Of a stretch of DNA of 64,000 bases, positions 25,015 through 36,739 are shown piece after piece. The first letter of the stretch is position 1. Each line of letters starts with the position of its first letter. A model generated the notes under the pieces. That model was not told the origin of the DNA. It saw only the letters and a program-made list of their open reading frames with translations, and made no database searches. This DNA comes from Octopus vulgaris. Its lineage: Eukaryota. The DNA lies in assembly GCA_951406725.2 (NCBI GenBank), contig OX597818.1:43214001-43278000 (forward strand). The letters run 5' to 3'. The position numbers and the translations under genes were made by a program.

Positions 25015-26759
25015 GTTTAGTCCATTTATTCTTTTCCACTCTAGGCACAAGGGCCGAAATTTTGGGGGAGGGGGCCAGTTGATTAGATTGACACCAGTAC
25101 ACAACTGGTATTTAATTTATCGACCCCCAAAAAGATGAAAGGCAAAGTCAACCTCAGTGGAATTTGAACTCAGAACACGAAGACAGACGAAATACTGCTA
25201 AGCATTTTGCCTGGCGTGTTAAGCCTTTCTGCCAGCATGCCACCTTTAGTTCATTTATTACAACTTTCAAGGTAAACACCATATCAAGCTCCATAGAAAA
25301 AAAACCTAAAAAAAACCCCCACCTCATACCAGTCCCCTTGACCATGATGCAACAGATAAACATCCCACTGGACCTCTTTTCTTTCCCCTACATCATATCA
25401 GCAAATGTTAGCAACTAAATCATATACAACAGTATTTACATCCAAAGATTGCATGTTATAGGAGCACCCCATGCAGTTTGTCTGATTTCGTTATGATTTG
25501 ATAATTTCTCTAGAAATGAGATGACGTTTAGTAAGGTGCTGGACTCCTGGTAACCAAAAAAAAAAAAAAAAACCTCTTGCTCTATGCATTCAAATTTGCA
25601 AAAAATCATTCCATTCACATGAAAAACATCAAACAACAGAAATATTAAAGTGCAGATCTGATCGATATATGACTGAGATATTTCATATTTTCATTACTGT
25701 CAAATTATCCAGTATAATTGTCAATAAAAAGCAACTTAGTGCAGATATATGGCATCCTATTAATTCTAAGCTTCTTTATTGTTTTTATGTGTTTTCCATG
25801 CTGACATAGACCGGATAGAGGTCTGTCTGCTGATATCGAGCTAAAGTCATATTTTATTTGTACTAATAAACAGAGATGGCTTCATGAAGATACCAATGCC
25901 TATATCAACAGTACTGGCATTTATCATTGTAGATCCTGTACACTTAGTAATATAAAGTGATGATTTCCTAACTGCCATGAGAATTATCCCGAGTGTCAAA
26001 GATATTTAGAAGATATCTTACCAGGTTTAGATGCTACCATTTTGACATGCATATAAATCTTCCAAAGTGTGCCAGATAAAAGATATAAAATTCATGATGC
26101 TCTTCCCTCAAAGCAGTCATCTTTATGTATTTAGGGCAAGTTAGCCAGATGGAGCCCATTACTTTCCTGTTGCACCCATGGAAGAGAATTTGTACAGTCA
26201 GTGGGCATTGACCTGTTTCTTCAAATTGAATTTTTTAAATTGTGACCATAGATGCAGACATAGCTGTGTAAGTGAAGACGCTCTCTTTGTAACCGCATTG
26301 TTCTGAGTTCAATCTCATTGCACAGCATCTTGGGCAAGCGTCTTCTGCTATAGCTCAAGGCTGATCAATGCCTTGTAAACAAATTTCATAGATGGAAACT
26401 GTGTGGAAGCTCATCTCTGTTTCTTTCTCTCTCTATAATATATATGTATGTATATATATATGTGTGTATATATACATATATATATATATTATATATATAA
26501 TGTGTGTGTATTTTGTTTGCCTACCTAACAACTGCTTTACAAAAGATTATAAAGTGTAATGTGAGGGAGATTTTGCTGCTATTTTATAGCATACCAAACA
26601 ATCATGTAGAGGCTTCCTTCATTGGCTCTAAAAAATATAAACAGTAAGTACAGTGGGTGTTTATAATTCACCACTGTAGACAGTAACATTTCTGAATACT
26701 AACAAGTGACTTGTTGCATGCAAAGTTCAACTCCTCCTGTAGCAAAGCTACATATGATA

Positions 26760-27100
26760 GGTGCAGGGGTGGCTGTGTAGGAAGAAGTTTGCTTATCAAC
26801 AAAATGTGGTTCTGGGTTCAGTCCCATTGCATGGTGCCTTGGGCAAGTATCATCTACTATAGCCTTGAGAGTTATTGGGTTGACAAAATTGAAAGAAGCC
26901 TGTTGTGTATATATTTGTGCATGTGTTTGTCCCCCACCACTGCTTGATAACCAGTGTTGGAGTATTTACGTCACCATAGCATAGCAGTTTGGCAAAAGAC
27001 ATGAATAGAATAAGTACTGGGCTTTAAAAAACAAGTCCTGGGGTCAATTCATGTGACTAAAAATTTTCCAAGGCAGTGTCTCAGCATGGCTGCAGTCTAA
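26760..27100 (+). mobile_element. Older SINE family A copy
   Basis: ggctgtgtaggaagaagtttgc...ggttcagtccc...ttgggcaagt...gaataagtactgggc...cagcatggctgcagtc. Confidence 0.75.
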
Positions 27101-27152
27101 TGGTGATGGGCCAGCTTCCTATCCAAAGAAAAGATTGTATGTCATTCACTTA

Positions 27153-27411
27153 AATAAATAAATGCGCCCTTTTAACGCCTAACCATGTTCATGGGCCCAG
27201 TTTCCTGGTTTCAATGGTGTATGTGTTCCCCAGGTGGACGGGACACCAGTCCATCACAGTGTTACTCACTTTTGCCAGCTGAGTGGACTGGGGCAATGTG
27301 AAATGAAATGTTCTGCTCAAGAACTCAATGTGTCACCCGGTCCAGGAATCGAAACTACAATCTTACGATCATAGTGCTGACACCCTAACCATTAAGCCAC
27401 GCGCCTAGACT
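27153..27411 (-). mobile_element. SINE family D variant, 11-bp TSD
   Basis: tRNA-like head AGGCGCGTGGCTTAATGGTTAGGG...TTCGATTCC. TSD tcattcactta at 27142-27152 and 27412-27422. Related copy at ~20035-20220. Confidence 0.85.
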
Positions 27412-28124
27412 TCATTCACTTAGCACTTGAGACAATTTAGGATAAACACTAGGATTAGTTTCTATCTCATCTATGTTAACAAGTGAAAATGGGTGTAAAA
27501 CAATCTGTTTCATTTTATATATTAACTTCATGATAATTTCTAACATAGACACAAAGCCACAAATTTGGGAAGAGGAATTAGTCAATTAAATTGATCTCAG
27601 TACTTGACTGGTACATCATTTATTGTATCAGCCTCAGACAGATAAAATGAAAAGCTGGCTTTTATAGGATCTGAATTAAGAACATAAAGAGCTGGAATAA
27701 ATACTGCAAGGCATTTTCTTCAATGCTTTAATAATTCTGCCATTCTGCTGCTCTGTATTATGGATTTAACTCTACAATTTAACAATTATTACAACAATGT
27801 GCTGTTCACTAATATTCCATTATCAAATAATTTTCTACAAATCAAAATTAAACATATAAACATTTAATTCATTTGTCGTAGGCTTACATTAAAGGTGAGC
27901 GTTCGAGTATAGATAATTTCTTAACTATCCATCTCTGCTAGCTTGTTTTCAGTTTGAAAAATAGTAAAATGGTTTCAAAATTCATATATACATATATCCA
28001 TGTTCCATGCTGGCATGGGTTGGATGGCTTAACAGAAACCAATGTGTTTAAGGACTGCATTGAGCTCCAATGTCTCTCTCTTTCTCTCTATCAACATCAA
28101 TGGAATTTGTAGTTGTAATACCAG

Positions 28125-28505
28125 TGCCGGTGGCACGTAAGAGAACCATTTGAACGTGGCCATAGCCAGTGCCGCATTGACTGGCCTCCATGCCGGTGGC
28201 ACGTAACAAACACCATCCGATCGTGGCTGTTGCCAGCCTCGCCTGGTCTCCATGCCGGTGGCATGTAAAAAGCACCATCCGAGCATGGCCGTTCGCCAGC
28301 CTCGTCTGGCACCTGTGTCGGTGGCACATAAAAAGCACCCACTACTCATGGAGTGGTTGGCGTTAGGAAGGGCATCCAGCTGTAGAAACACTGCCAGATC
28401 TGACTGACCTGGTGCAGCCTTCAGGTTTCCCAGACCCCAGTTGAACCATCCAACTCATGCTAGCATGGAAAGCGGACGTTAAACGATGATGATGATGATG
28501 ATGAT
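28125..28505 (+). mobile_element. Family C retroposon ending in (GAT)n, with an internal ~62-65 bp tandem array (4 unit starts)
   Basis: TGCCGGTGGCA(C/T)GTAA unit starts at ~28126, 28191, 28253 and 28316, then GAGTGGTTGGCGTTAGGAAGGGCATCCAGCTGTAGAAAC...GCTAGCATGGAAAGCGGACGTTAAACGATGATGAT. Confidence 0.85.
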
Positions 28506-29212
28506 CTTGCTATTTTACCCTCATTCTGGTTTAACGACACCCCTCCCATGTTAGTTTTCATTCGGTTTCCTTGAATCTCTCCACTGTCCTGTTTTTGTTC
28601 CCAACTTTGACCCTCCATAAATCTCAAATTTTATTTTGGTACTTTTGGGAGCAACTGTCTTCAAAGACTCATATTGTCGCTCAATGCTCAAAATGAAGCG
28701 TAGACAGACAGCTTACAACTGATGAAGGGTCGTTCTTTTTGCTACTTGTCCTGTTTTCCATTTGTTTCTCTAGTTGTTTGCATATTGAACTCATTTGTTT
28801 TCGTATTTCGTGTTGTTTACTGTTGGTAACATCCTGTACTCATATATGCATACGTGTATATATATTTAGGCTTGTACCTAAGTAAAAAGAATGGTTTGGT
28901 TTAATATAAATCATACCTAGTTTTATTTCTATTGTTTGAGTATTTCAGGTATATTGTAGTTTATTTCATTTTGATTTAACTTTTCTAATATATTTACTGC
29001 CCTCTCTCAGCTACCCTTTCATTCTCACTACTAATTTCTTTCTGTACAACAGTTTACATCACACATGTGTCTCCATTTCTGAAAAATCATATATGAATAT
29101 ATGTTTGCATATTGTATGTATGTATATATGTATGTATAAAAGAAATTGTAGCTTGTAATTGACAAGTGTAGGCACTTGTAATAAATTCAAACAATGTTCT
29201 ATACAATCATAA

Positions 29213-29360
29213 CACTGGGTTTCACTATCAAATGTCTCAAAAGACTGAGTTGTCCTGCATTTCAAGTATTCTATTGCCATCTTTATTGATGTCTGGTACA
29301 CCACCAGAGGGAGGTTTGGTGAGACCTGAACACTAGCTGGGTCTAATGTCTTCTCATGCT
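29213..29360 (-). pseudogene. Decayed partial duplicate of the 5' end of the BTB-BACK CDS
   Basis: Aligns by eye to ~30430-30578. Shared blocks: ttcactatcaaat, gtctcaaaagactgagttgtc, gtacaccaccagagggaggtttggtg, tcttctcatg. The copied ATG (29357) reads ATG AGA AGA CAT TAG, and indels shift the frame. Confidence 0.85.
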
Positions 29361-29574
29361 CCACTGACAAGCTTTCTAATCAATATATTATTCTGTTTTC
29401 CTTATATAAGGTCAACATTAAAGAAAAGAAATTTCATCTAGTAAACATCCAAATTTTCAAAAACAAAAACTTCAAAGAACAGGAGATCAATCATAAATAA
29501 ATACAACTCCAGTATGTTAAAAATTTATTTACAATACTTTAGTTACTAATATATTCACTTTATATACATAATGG

Positions 29575-30576
29575 TCACACTGATTGTATATGTTGATGTG
29601 GAACTGTGCCAACAGTTTGTGAACTCCTTGGTAATTGTCCTTTCCTACGTTGATACTGAACTCCAGTAAATTCGTGATGTGCCTCAGCAAGGTCTTTAAA
29701 ACACTGGTATTTCACAGCACCATCAACAAGTTCAGCAACGTAAGGAAAATTTTGAAAAGCCCTGTTCTTTAACAGGTGGTATAATACCCGCCTGTTTAGC
29801 ATTGGATATCGAATATTTGCTAATATATCCTGGATTTTTGACTTGTCTTGGAGTTTATTGTCTTTCATCCATCCAGTCGCAGCACTGAGGATGCAATCCT
29901 CATCTGCATTTATATCATCACTCTGGATCAAGTCACGGACCATTTCCCATGAACATGAAGACCAAAGCTTACTGCAAGACAGCTGGGTAAAACAAACACA
30001 TAAAACTTGGAATGCTTGAGATCGGATTTGGCCCGGCATAATGTTTGATTCATATAAACTACTAACCACTTCAATGCTGAAGCTTGCTGTTCCATACCCA
30101 TACTGTATAGTCTTTTCAAGAATTTGCATTATATAATTCTCACAGTGGCTAATAAGAGGCCATACAGAATAATCAACAGCTAGCCGATATAATGGCACTA
30201 CGTACTCTCGGTGTAACCATACTGCTCCACTATAAAGAAAATATAGAAATCGGCTGAAAATTTGAACACAGTCTGCATCAACATGCAATTTAAGTATTAG
30301 ACGGGGGCTGTCATCTACTGCAGTAAGTTCGTTTAATAAGCGTGTAAAAACCTCACTTTTCATGCCAAGTATCATTTTGTGAGCATTGAAGGTAAGTTCA
30401 CCTTCGTTGATATTAAGCACCACATCACTGAGGGCTTCACTATCAAATAAAGTCTCAAAAGACTGAGTTGTCTTGCATTTTCGAGTACTGTCTCCATCTT
30501 CATTGACATCCAGTACACCACCAGAGGGAGGTTTGGTGGGATCAGGATACTGCACTTGAGCACTGTATCTTCTCAT
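29575..30576 (-). CDS. BTB/POZ + BACK domain protein (BTBD17-like, no Kelch repeats), 333 aa, whole CDS in one exon
   Basis: Only long ORF with normal composition. BTB motifs: LSDVVLNI...FNAHKMILGMKSEVF...CVQIFSRFLYFLYSG...VVPLYRLAVDYSV...CENYI. BACK motifs: LIQSDDINADEDCILSAATGW...ILANIRYPML. The 'C..IF..FL.FLY.G' pattern resembles BTBD17/LGALS3BP-type BTBs. An in-frame TAG at 30586-30588 upstream of the ATG fixes the start. AATAAA on the minus strand at 29524-29529. Confidence 0.92.
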   Translation of the reverse strand: MRRYSAQVQYPDPTKPPSGGVLDVNEDGDSTRKCKTTQSFETLFDSEALSDVVLNINEGELTFNAHKMILGMKSEVFTRLLNELTAVDDSPRLILKLHVDADCVQIFSRFLYFLYSGAVWLHREYVVPLYRLAVDYSVWPLISHCENYIMQILEKTIQYGYGTASFSIEVVSSLYESNIMPGQIRSQAFQVLCVCFTQLSCSKLWSSCSWEMVRDLIQSDDINADEDCILSAATGWMKDNKLQDKSKIQDILANIRYPMLNRRVLYHLLKNRAFQNFPYVAELVDGAVKYQCFKDLAEAHHEFTGVQYQRRKGQLPRSSQTVGTVPHQHIQSV

Positions 30577-30685
30577 GATCTGCTGCTAGTCTCTCCAACA
30601 TTGTATTCCACTTCAGTCTTTTAGGCCATTTTTGCCCACCATGTGGCTCACATAACTGCAAATTAAATAAAATAAATTTTTTTAA
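30577..30685 (-). other. 5' UTR part of the BTB coding exon and its 3' splice acceptor
   Basis: Minus strand reads ...aaaatttattttatttaatttgcAG|TTATGTGAGCC, with AG at 30657-30656. The exon begins at 30655, 79 nt before the ATG. Confidence 0.7.
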
Positions 30686-30716
30686 TAAAAAAATAATACG
30701 TTCCAAATAGACACAT

Positions 30717-30940
30717 TTAACCCTTTTGAGACCAACCCACCTAAGACCACCCTGGTTCTATGATAAAAAATTCTTTGTTGTAAAGGAATCTAAATTAAAC
30801 TATTAAATTTCTCGATTAGTTACATTTCAGACATCTGCTAAATAAATGACTTACAAAGTTATTTTACAAAATTCTTCTTAATTTTCAAAATAGAACGAAA
30901 GACAGTATATTTCAACAGAAATACAGCAACAAAGAGTTAA
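30717..30940. mobile_element. TTAA-flanked (piggyBac-like) MITE; opposite-orientation relative at ~37990-38219
   Basis: TTAA-CCCTTT...AAAGAG-TTAA. The reverse complement of 38150-38219 (ttaaccctttcgttaccaacccggctgaaactggctctggttctgtag) aligns with the left end. Confidence 0.6.
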
Positions 30941-31657
30941 AAGAGAAACTCACACTCTATTGCTAAAGCACTTTGAGATCTCAGGCCTTAAATCTATAAA
31001 AGCTTTGTTCTGAATGAAAATTGTGCCACAAAAGTTATAATTTATTTCTTTATATAATTCTTTTATATAAATGTGAATTCTTTTAACTTTTCTTAGCTGT
31101 ATTTATGGTTAAACTTTTATAATTTAGAAGAGTGCACAATTCAACCCAACCCAAATAGATATAAAATAAAATTGCTGAGAGAGCTATTATTTTCTCTTCC
31201 TTCTCAAAAGAAGTTTTAAATAATGTAAACCACACCTGGTCTGTGCAAGAATATCATCATAAAATGTTATGAAAGTACATTTAAGAATAAAAAAGCAATT
31301 AAGAGAGAACTACCAATAAAATCTCTATTATTGTAAATGGTATCCATTATCCAGTTAGCAAAAGGAGGTATGACCAAAGATAAACAAGGGTGGCAGATGT
31401 GAAAATCTACTAGCTAGTGGCAGATATCACAGGTCTGGATTGGTTATCCTTCCAACCAATTCTTTATTGCACCAACAATTAAGGAGTAGCTTTTATTTAT
31501 TTCCCCACACAGTTCCCCTATAGGAATAATATCTCAGCAGGCAGTATCATAAACATAAATATTTTTATTCCCCAAGAATTTCTGTGAAGTGCTAAAGGTG
31601 GGCCTACAACTGCACCAACAAAAATAACTGGGTGTTTGTTATACAATATGGTTTATT

Positions 31658-32051
31658 TACTCTCTTTACTCTTTTACTTGTTTCAGTCATTTGACTGCGG
31701 CCATGCTGGAGCACCGCCTTTAGTCGAGCAACTCGACCACGGGACTTATTCTTTTTGTAAGCCCAGTAATTATTCTATCGGTCTCTTTTTGCCGAACCGC
31801 TATGTGACGGGGACGTAAACACACCAGCATCGGTTGTCAAGCAATGCTAGGGGAACAAACACAGACACACATACATATATATATATACGACAGGCTTCTT
31901 TCAGTTTCCGTCTACCAAATCCACTCACAAGGCATTGGTCGGCCCAGGGCTATAGCAGAAGACACTTGCCCAAGATGCCACGCAGTGGGACTGAACCCGG
32001 AACCATGTGGTTGGTTAGCAAGCTACTTGCCACACAGCCACTCCTGCGCCT
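31658..32051 (-). mobile_element. SINE family A, full-length young copy in the intron upstream of the BTB coding exon
   Basis: Head AGGCGCAGGAGTGGCTGTGTGG...GGTTCAGTCCC through the tail GAAACAAGTAAAAGAGTAAAGAGAG; most CpGs retained. Confidence 0.9.
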
Positions 32052-32893
32052 ATTTAAATATGAAATAGCTATACAACATTAGCCACATAAGTGATAGATC
32101 TCTCTCTCTCTCACACACATATAAATATATGTACAGTTAGAAAAATACATACCTACACACAGACACATACATATAGATATATTCAGATATAACATTGCAT
32201 AATATATGTTATTAATTTCTTCATGTAAAATGTTTAAAATTTAAATATTGTGATAATTTAAACTACATTGCTTTCATATTTCTATAACTAAAGGAATCTT
32301 TAATGCCTATATCTTACATTAACAAAATAATAAAATAAATAAATAAACTGTTAAGATTTATTTTGAGTTATAATTAACAATCACATTTCATACAAAATGT
32401 AAACAATAATTATTTGTGTTTTTGTTTTGATATATATTTAAAAAAAAAAATAAATGTTTACTATTGTAAAAACCCAGGCTACATTTTCACTGCTAGCATT
32501 ACACATCTTTATATCAGCAGTTGGTAGTTGTCATGGAAACAAAGTTGAGAAATATATAAATGTGAATTATATTGTGGCATTCAAAGTGCTATCTCTGAAA
32601 GTGAAAACTGTTATGAAGCAAAATGTCCCAAATATAGATGCTGTCACAGTTTAAGATACCAATCACCAACATCACCTTACAATTCATTTTAGGTCCTACA
32701 TACATATACATACATAGATATACTCACACATATCTATTTATCTATCTATATCTATATATATAAATATATATATACATATACATACATACACACAAATATG
32801 CAATTATATGAACAATGATGTGTAAATCCTAGAAGCAAGTATGAATATATATTAGCTTATAAATAAACATTCACTGTGAGAAAGACACATTAC

Positions 32894-33240
32894 CTTAAGC
32901 TCTAGTGTGTTGAAGACAGTTGTCTCAATCTAATTTTTGTCTCCAATAGAACCACACAGCAGCATTCTGACTAGCCACTGCCGGATTACTGCTAGTGAAG
33001 CTTCTGCTGCTGCTGTTACTTTCAACTTACACTAAGCTACAACAGAAGGAGTTGTACTGGAAGTGGTGAGAGGTGGAGGGTGGGAGGTGGGGTGTGCAGT
33101 GAAGAAAAAGAAGTGTCTTTATTGGTTAACTAGGGCAAGAAAGCTGTTTGACTCAGACCATTGGAGCCATGTCTATGTCCCTCAGGTAAATAGCAGTCAG
33201 CGGAGTGGAGCCAGACAGATATGCTTGACCAATTAAGCTT
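32894..33240 (-). promoter_or_regulatory. Candidate 5' UTR exon (32894-~33036) and proximal promoter of the BTB gene
   Basis: Minus-strand donor AAG|GTAATG at 32894/32893 and a second GTAAGT at 33030-33025. Possible acceptor tccttctgttgtAG at 33038-33037. Non-repetitive sequence with CCAAT boxes (33121-33125, ~33160, ~33229) and an AP-1-like TGACTCA (33149-33155). Confidence 0.4.
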
Positions 33241-33454
33241 ACTATCTGCTTTGCCCTATGTCAGCAAGCAAAACCTACACTGCTTGAATATGGCATCTGT
33301 TGTAGAGGGGGTAGAGAGGGGGTTACTGAAGAATAGTTTATGCAGTTTAGGCAAAGATGTTTAATGGAATGAGAGTGGTAGAGGAAAAGAAAAGGCGGTT
33401 AAGTATTGACCATTTCAATGGAAGAGTCTACCTACACCTTAATATAGTTCTATA

Positions 33455-33682
33455 CTACCTACAAGGGGCTAAACACAGAGGGGACTAACAAGAACAGACA
33501 AACGGATTAAGTCGGTTATGGTTATATCGACCCCAGTTCATAACTGGAACTTATTTAATCGACCCCCTCCCCCGAAAGGATGAAAGGCAAAGTTGACCTC
33601 AGTGGAATTTGAACTCAGAACACAGCGGCGGATGAAATACCACAAAGTATTTTGCCCGATGTGCTAACGTTTCTGCCAGCTC
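33455..33682 (-). mobile_element. SINE family B
   Basis: Same head, central block and tail as the other family B copies. Confidence 0.85.
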
Positions 33683-34564
33683 AAGAAAAAGCAGGAGATA
33701 ACCTGAGGACAATGAAAACAACTTAAAAACAAGCTCTTTGATTTGTGTATAATTATGGTTTTTATATGTACACAGTAAACTTAATGATGAAATAAATGTT
33801 TTCTGACACATCAAAGGAAATTGGGATGATATAAATGTTATGTGAAAACATTTATTCTCAAATAGGAATAAAAAAAAAAAATTCACTAAGCCTTCATTAC
33901 TTATTCTAAAAATCTTTGTTGAACAAAATATTCTCTACTAATCAATTAGATAATTTCATTCTTATATGTGGGGGTAATTAATTTACCAGTATTACTTTTA
34001 CTTATTCAATCAATCTTCCAGAAAGTACAGGCCAACCCCAGCGGGATTTGTATCATCAGAATAGATAATATAATTGATTTTCTAATAAAATATACTTTAA
34101 AACAGTCTTGGGAATGCATAGTCTCCCCATTTAATGTTGGAATTGTTATCAAGCTTAAGCAATGACCATTTTCCTATATCTCTTTTATGTATATCTTATT
34201 CTACTACAGCTTAGATAATAGTATATTATATAAAGAAGAGAAGCTAGAAATTTTGTATTTAGATATCCAAATTTAATAAAAGTACATCATTGAACCTCTG
34301 TTTATGTCACTTTTCCATTTAGCAGATTACAACTTTATTCAAATCATCCTCTATTTTACTTCCCAGCAACAGTCTATTTTTGGTTTATGCTATGATCCCA
34401 GAAAAAGCTCAGTCTCATTTCCTATTGATTTTTTTATCAAGTCCTATGAATTAAAAATCAGTAGGTGATAAATATAAATTAAGAACTAAAATTAACAAAT
34501 TGTTTATAGAAGTTGATGTTATCATAAAAAAAAAAATTAAATAATCTATTAAAATGTGTTTTAA

Positions 34565-34817
34565 CAGAAGCATAGCTAGAGGAGGAGAAGGAGGGCAATC
34601 CACCCTGGGTGAAGTATTGATAGGGTGGCACTTTTGGATCGGTTGTATAAGCCAGTATAAGGTTTAGGGCCTCTGGAGGTGGGACCCTGGGTGAAGTATT
34701 TATAAGGTGGCACTTTAGGATCAGTTGTATTAGCCAGTATAAGGTTTAGGGCCTCTGGAGGTGGGATGGCTAACTCAGGGGTTGCCCCTGGTGACACACA
34801 TTCTAGCTACACCACTG
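34565..34817. mobile_element. hAT-type MITE with an internal 82-bp tandem duplication
   Basis: TIRs cagaagcatagctaga / tctagctacaccactg (12/16 match, CAGTGGCGTAGCT type). 8-bp TSD tgttttaa (34557-34564) / tgttttag (34818-34825). Direct repeat 34602-34683 / 34684-34765. Confidence 0.75.
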
Positions 34818-35939
34818 TGTTTTAGAACTCACTACTACATTTCCACAAATTTCATGTAGTTGCTAAGTCATTGCCAATTTTTGTCAGGTATTATTCACTC
34901 AAAACTCACCAAAGTTAAAGGATGAACTGGAAGTTGTTGAATGAGAAAGTTTTAAAGAAACTATAAAAAGCTAGCTGCAAATGACAGAACACAGCTCCAT
35001 GACTATGCAGCAGGGTAGGGGCTTCTAATGTAAACAAACATTGAGAAAGTTAGCATGAAAGTAGAAACAAACAAAGAATGTTAAAATAGCTGCTAAGTGG
35101 CTGCAGAGTAAACAAGTGGTCTTAAGTCGACAATATTAGATATCATAGTTGAATGTTTCCCTCGGCTTCCTACCCTACTATTTAAAATAAAATTACTGGA
35201 AGGTGTGGGTAGGTTGTTGGTGTCATAGCTCGAATCAACCCTGATCAAGCAGAACTATGATTACAGACACTCCAACCATGACATCTTGTCTTTTGAGGAG
35301 TATATGACTACATTATCAAATATATCTTGTTTTAGACATTAGGATGTTATCTAAGGGAGATTTGGTTGATATTTCTAGCAGATCTAGCAATAATGTAGAG
35401 ACTAAAAGGGGAAGAAATATTCAGGTTTATTTAAACCAAAAACTGAGACAATATTTTACCCTCACACACAGATGAGAGACAAAAGTTTTACAAAAAAAAT
35501 ATACCTTTTTGTAAAAATATCATTTGCAAATTAAAACATCAAACCATTCTATGAATATATATAGGCAGGTCAGAATTACAGGCAAATGTTGCCATGGAGA
35601 TAGGTTAATGCTGTAAAATTCCACACCTAAAATTTAATGAATTTTACTAATCTCAAACGAAATACCAATGTCGGTAGGTAATTTGATGATCCATGCAAAT
35701 TTAAAGCATCGTTAAACAAGACAACATATATTGATTCAGCTGGTATAGAATTTCTATTTTTAATTGTAATTTTTTTTTTCGGTGATAGGCTGCCAGCAAA
35801 TAGAAATCGTCTTTTTATAACTGTGGGACCCCTTAATAATTTTCTAGTAAATCGTTATCATTGGTGTAAATCTTGCAATATTGTGACCTGCCAGTAGTAT
35901 TCTGGTTAAAAATATGTTACAGAATCAGCTACTTTTATA

Positions 35940-36686
35940 TCATCATCATCGTTTAACATCCGCTTTCCATGCTGGCATGGGTTGGATGGTGCAACTGGGG
36001 TCTGGGACTGTTATATATATATGTATATACTCTTTTACTTGTTTCAGTCATTTGACTGTGGCCATGCTGGAGTACCGCCTTTAGTCGAGCAAGTCGACCC
36101 CAGGACTTATTCTTTCTAAGCCTTGTACTTATTCTATCGGTCTCTTTTGTCCAAACCGCTAAGTTACGGGGATGTAAACACACCAGCATCGGTTGTCAAA
36201 CGATGTTGGGGGGACAAACACAGACACACAAACATATACACACACACACACACACAGACATACATACATACGACGGGCTTCTTTCAGTTTCCGTCTACCA
36301 AATCCACTCACAAAGCTTTGGTCGGCCCGAAGCTATAGTAGAAGACACTTGCCCAAGGTGTCACACAGTGGGACTGAACCCAGGACCATGTGGTTCGTAA
36401 GCAAGCTACTTACCACACAGCCACTCCTACACCTATATATGTGTGTGTGTGTATGTGTGTGTATGCATATCTTTTTATCTTTCACTTGTTTTCAGTCATC
36501 AGATCGTGGCCATGCTGGGGCACTGCCTTGAAGAATTTTAGAATGAATTGACTCCATTACCTTTTTTAAAGCCTGGTACTTATTCTATCAGCCCTTTTGC
36601 TGAACTGCTAAGTTATAAGGATGTAAACAAACCAACACTGGTTGTCAAGAAATGTGTGTGGGGACAAACAGACACAAAGACATGAA

Positions 36687-36739
<53 letters not shown>

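Noticed and set aside
22200-26240. Coding-like degenerate stretches (22200-23420, 25400-26240; also 700-1200 and 13700-14330)
   Set aside because: Probably very old transposon remnants, but the motifs were too weak to assign a family or call exons.
28125-28340. CRISPR-like repeat/spacer appearance
   Set aside because: Eukaryotic context, no cas genes, the 'spacers' are homologous to each other, and the array is part of a dispersed retroposon.
29059-29370. 103-aa ORF as an independent gene
   Set aside because: It is a frameshifted read-through of the decayed BTB duplicate into AT-rich sequence; the homologous ATG is followed by a stop at codon 5.
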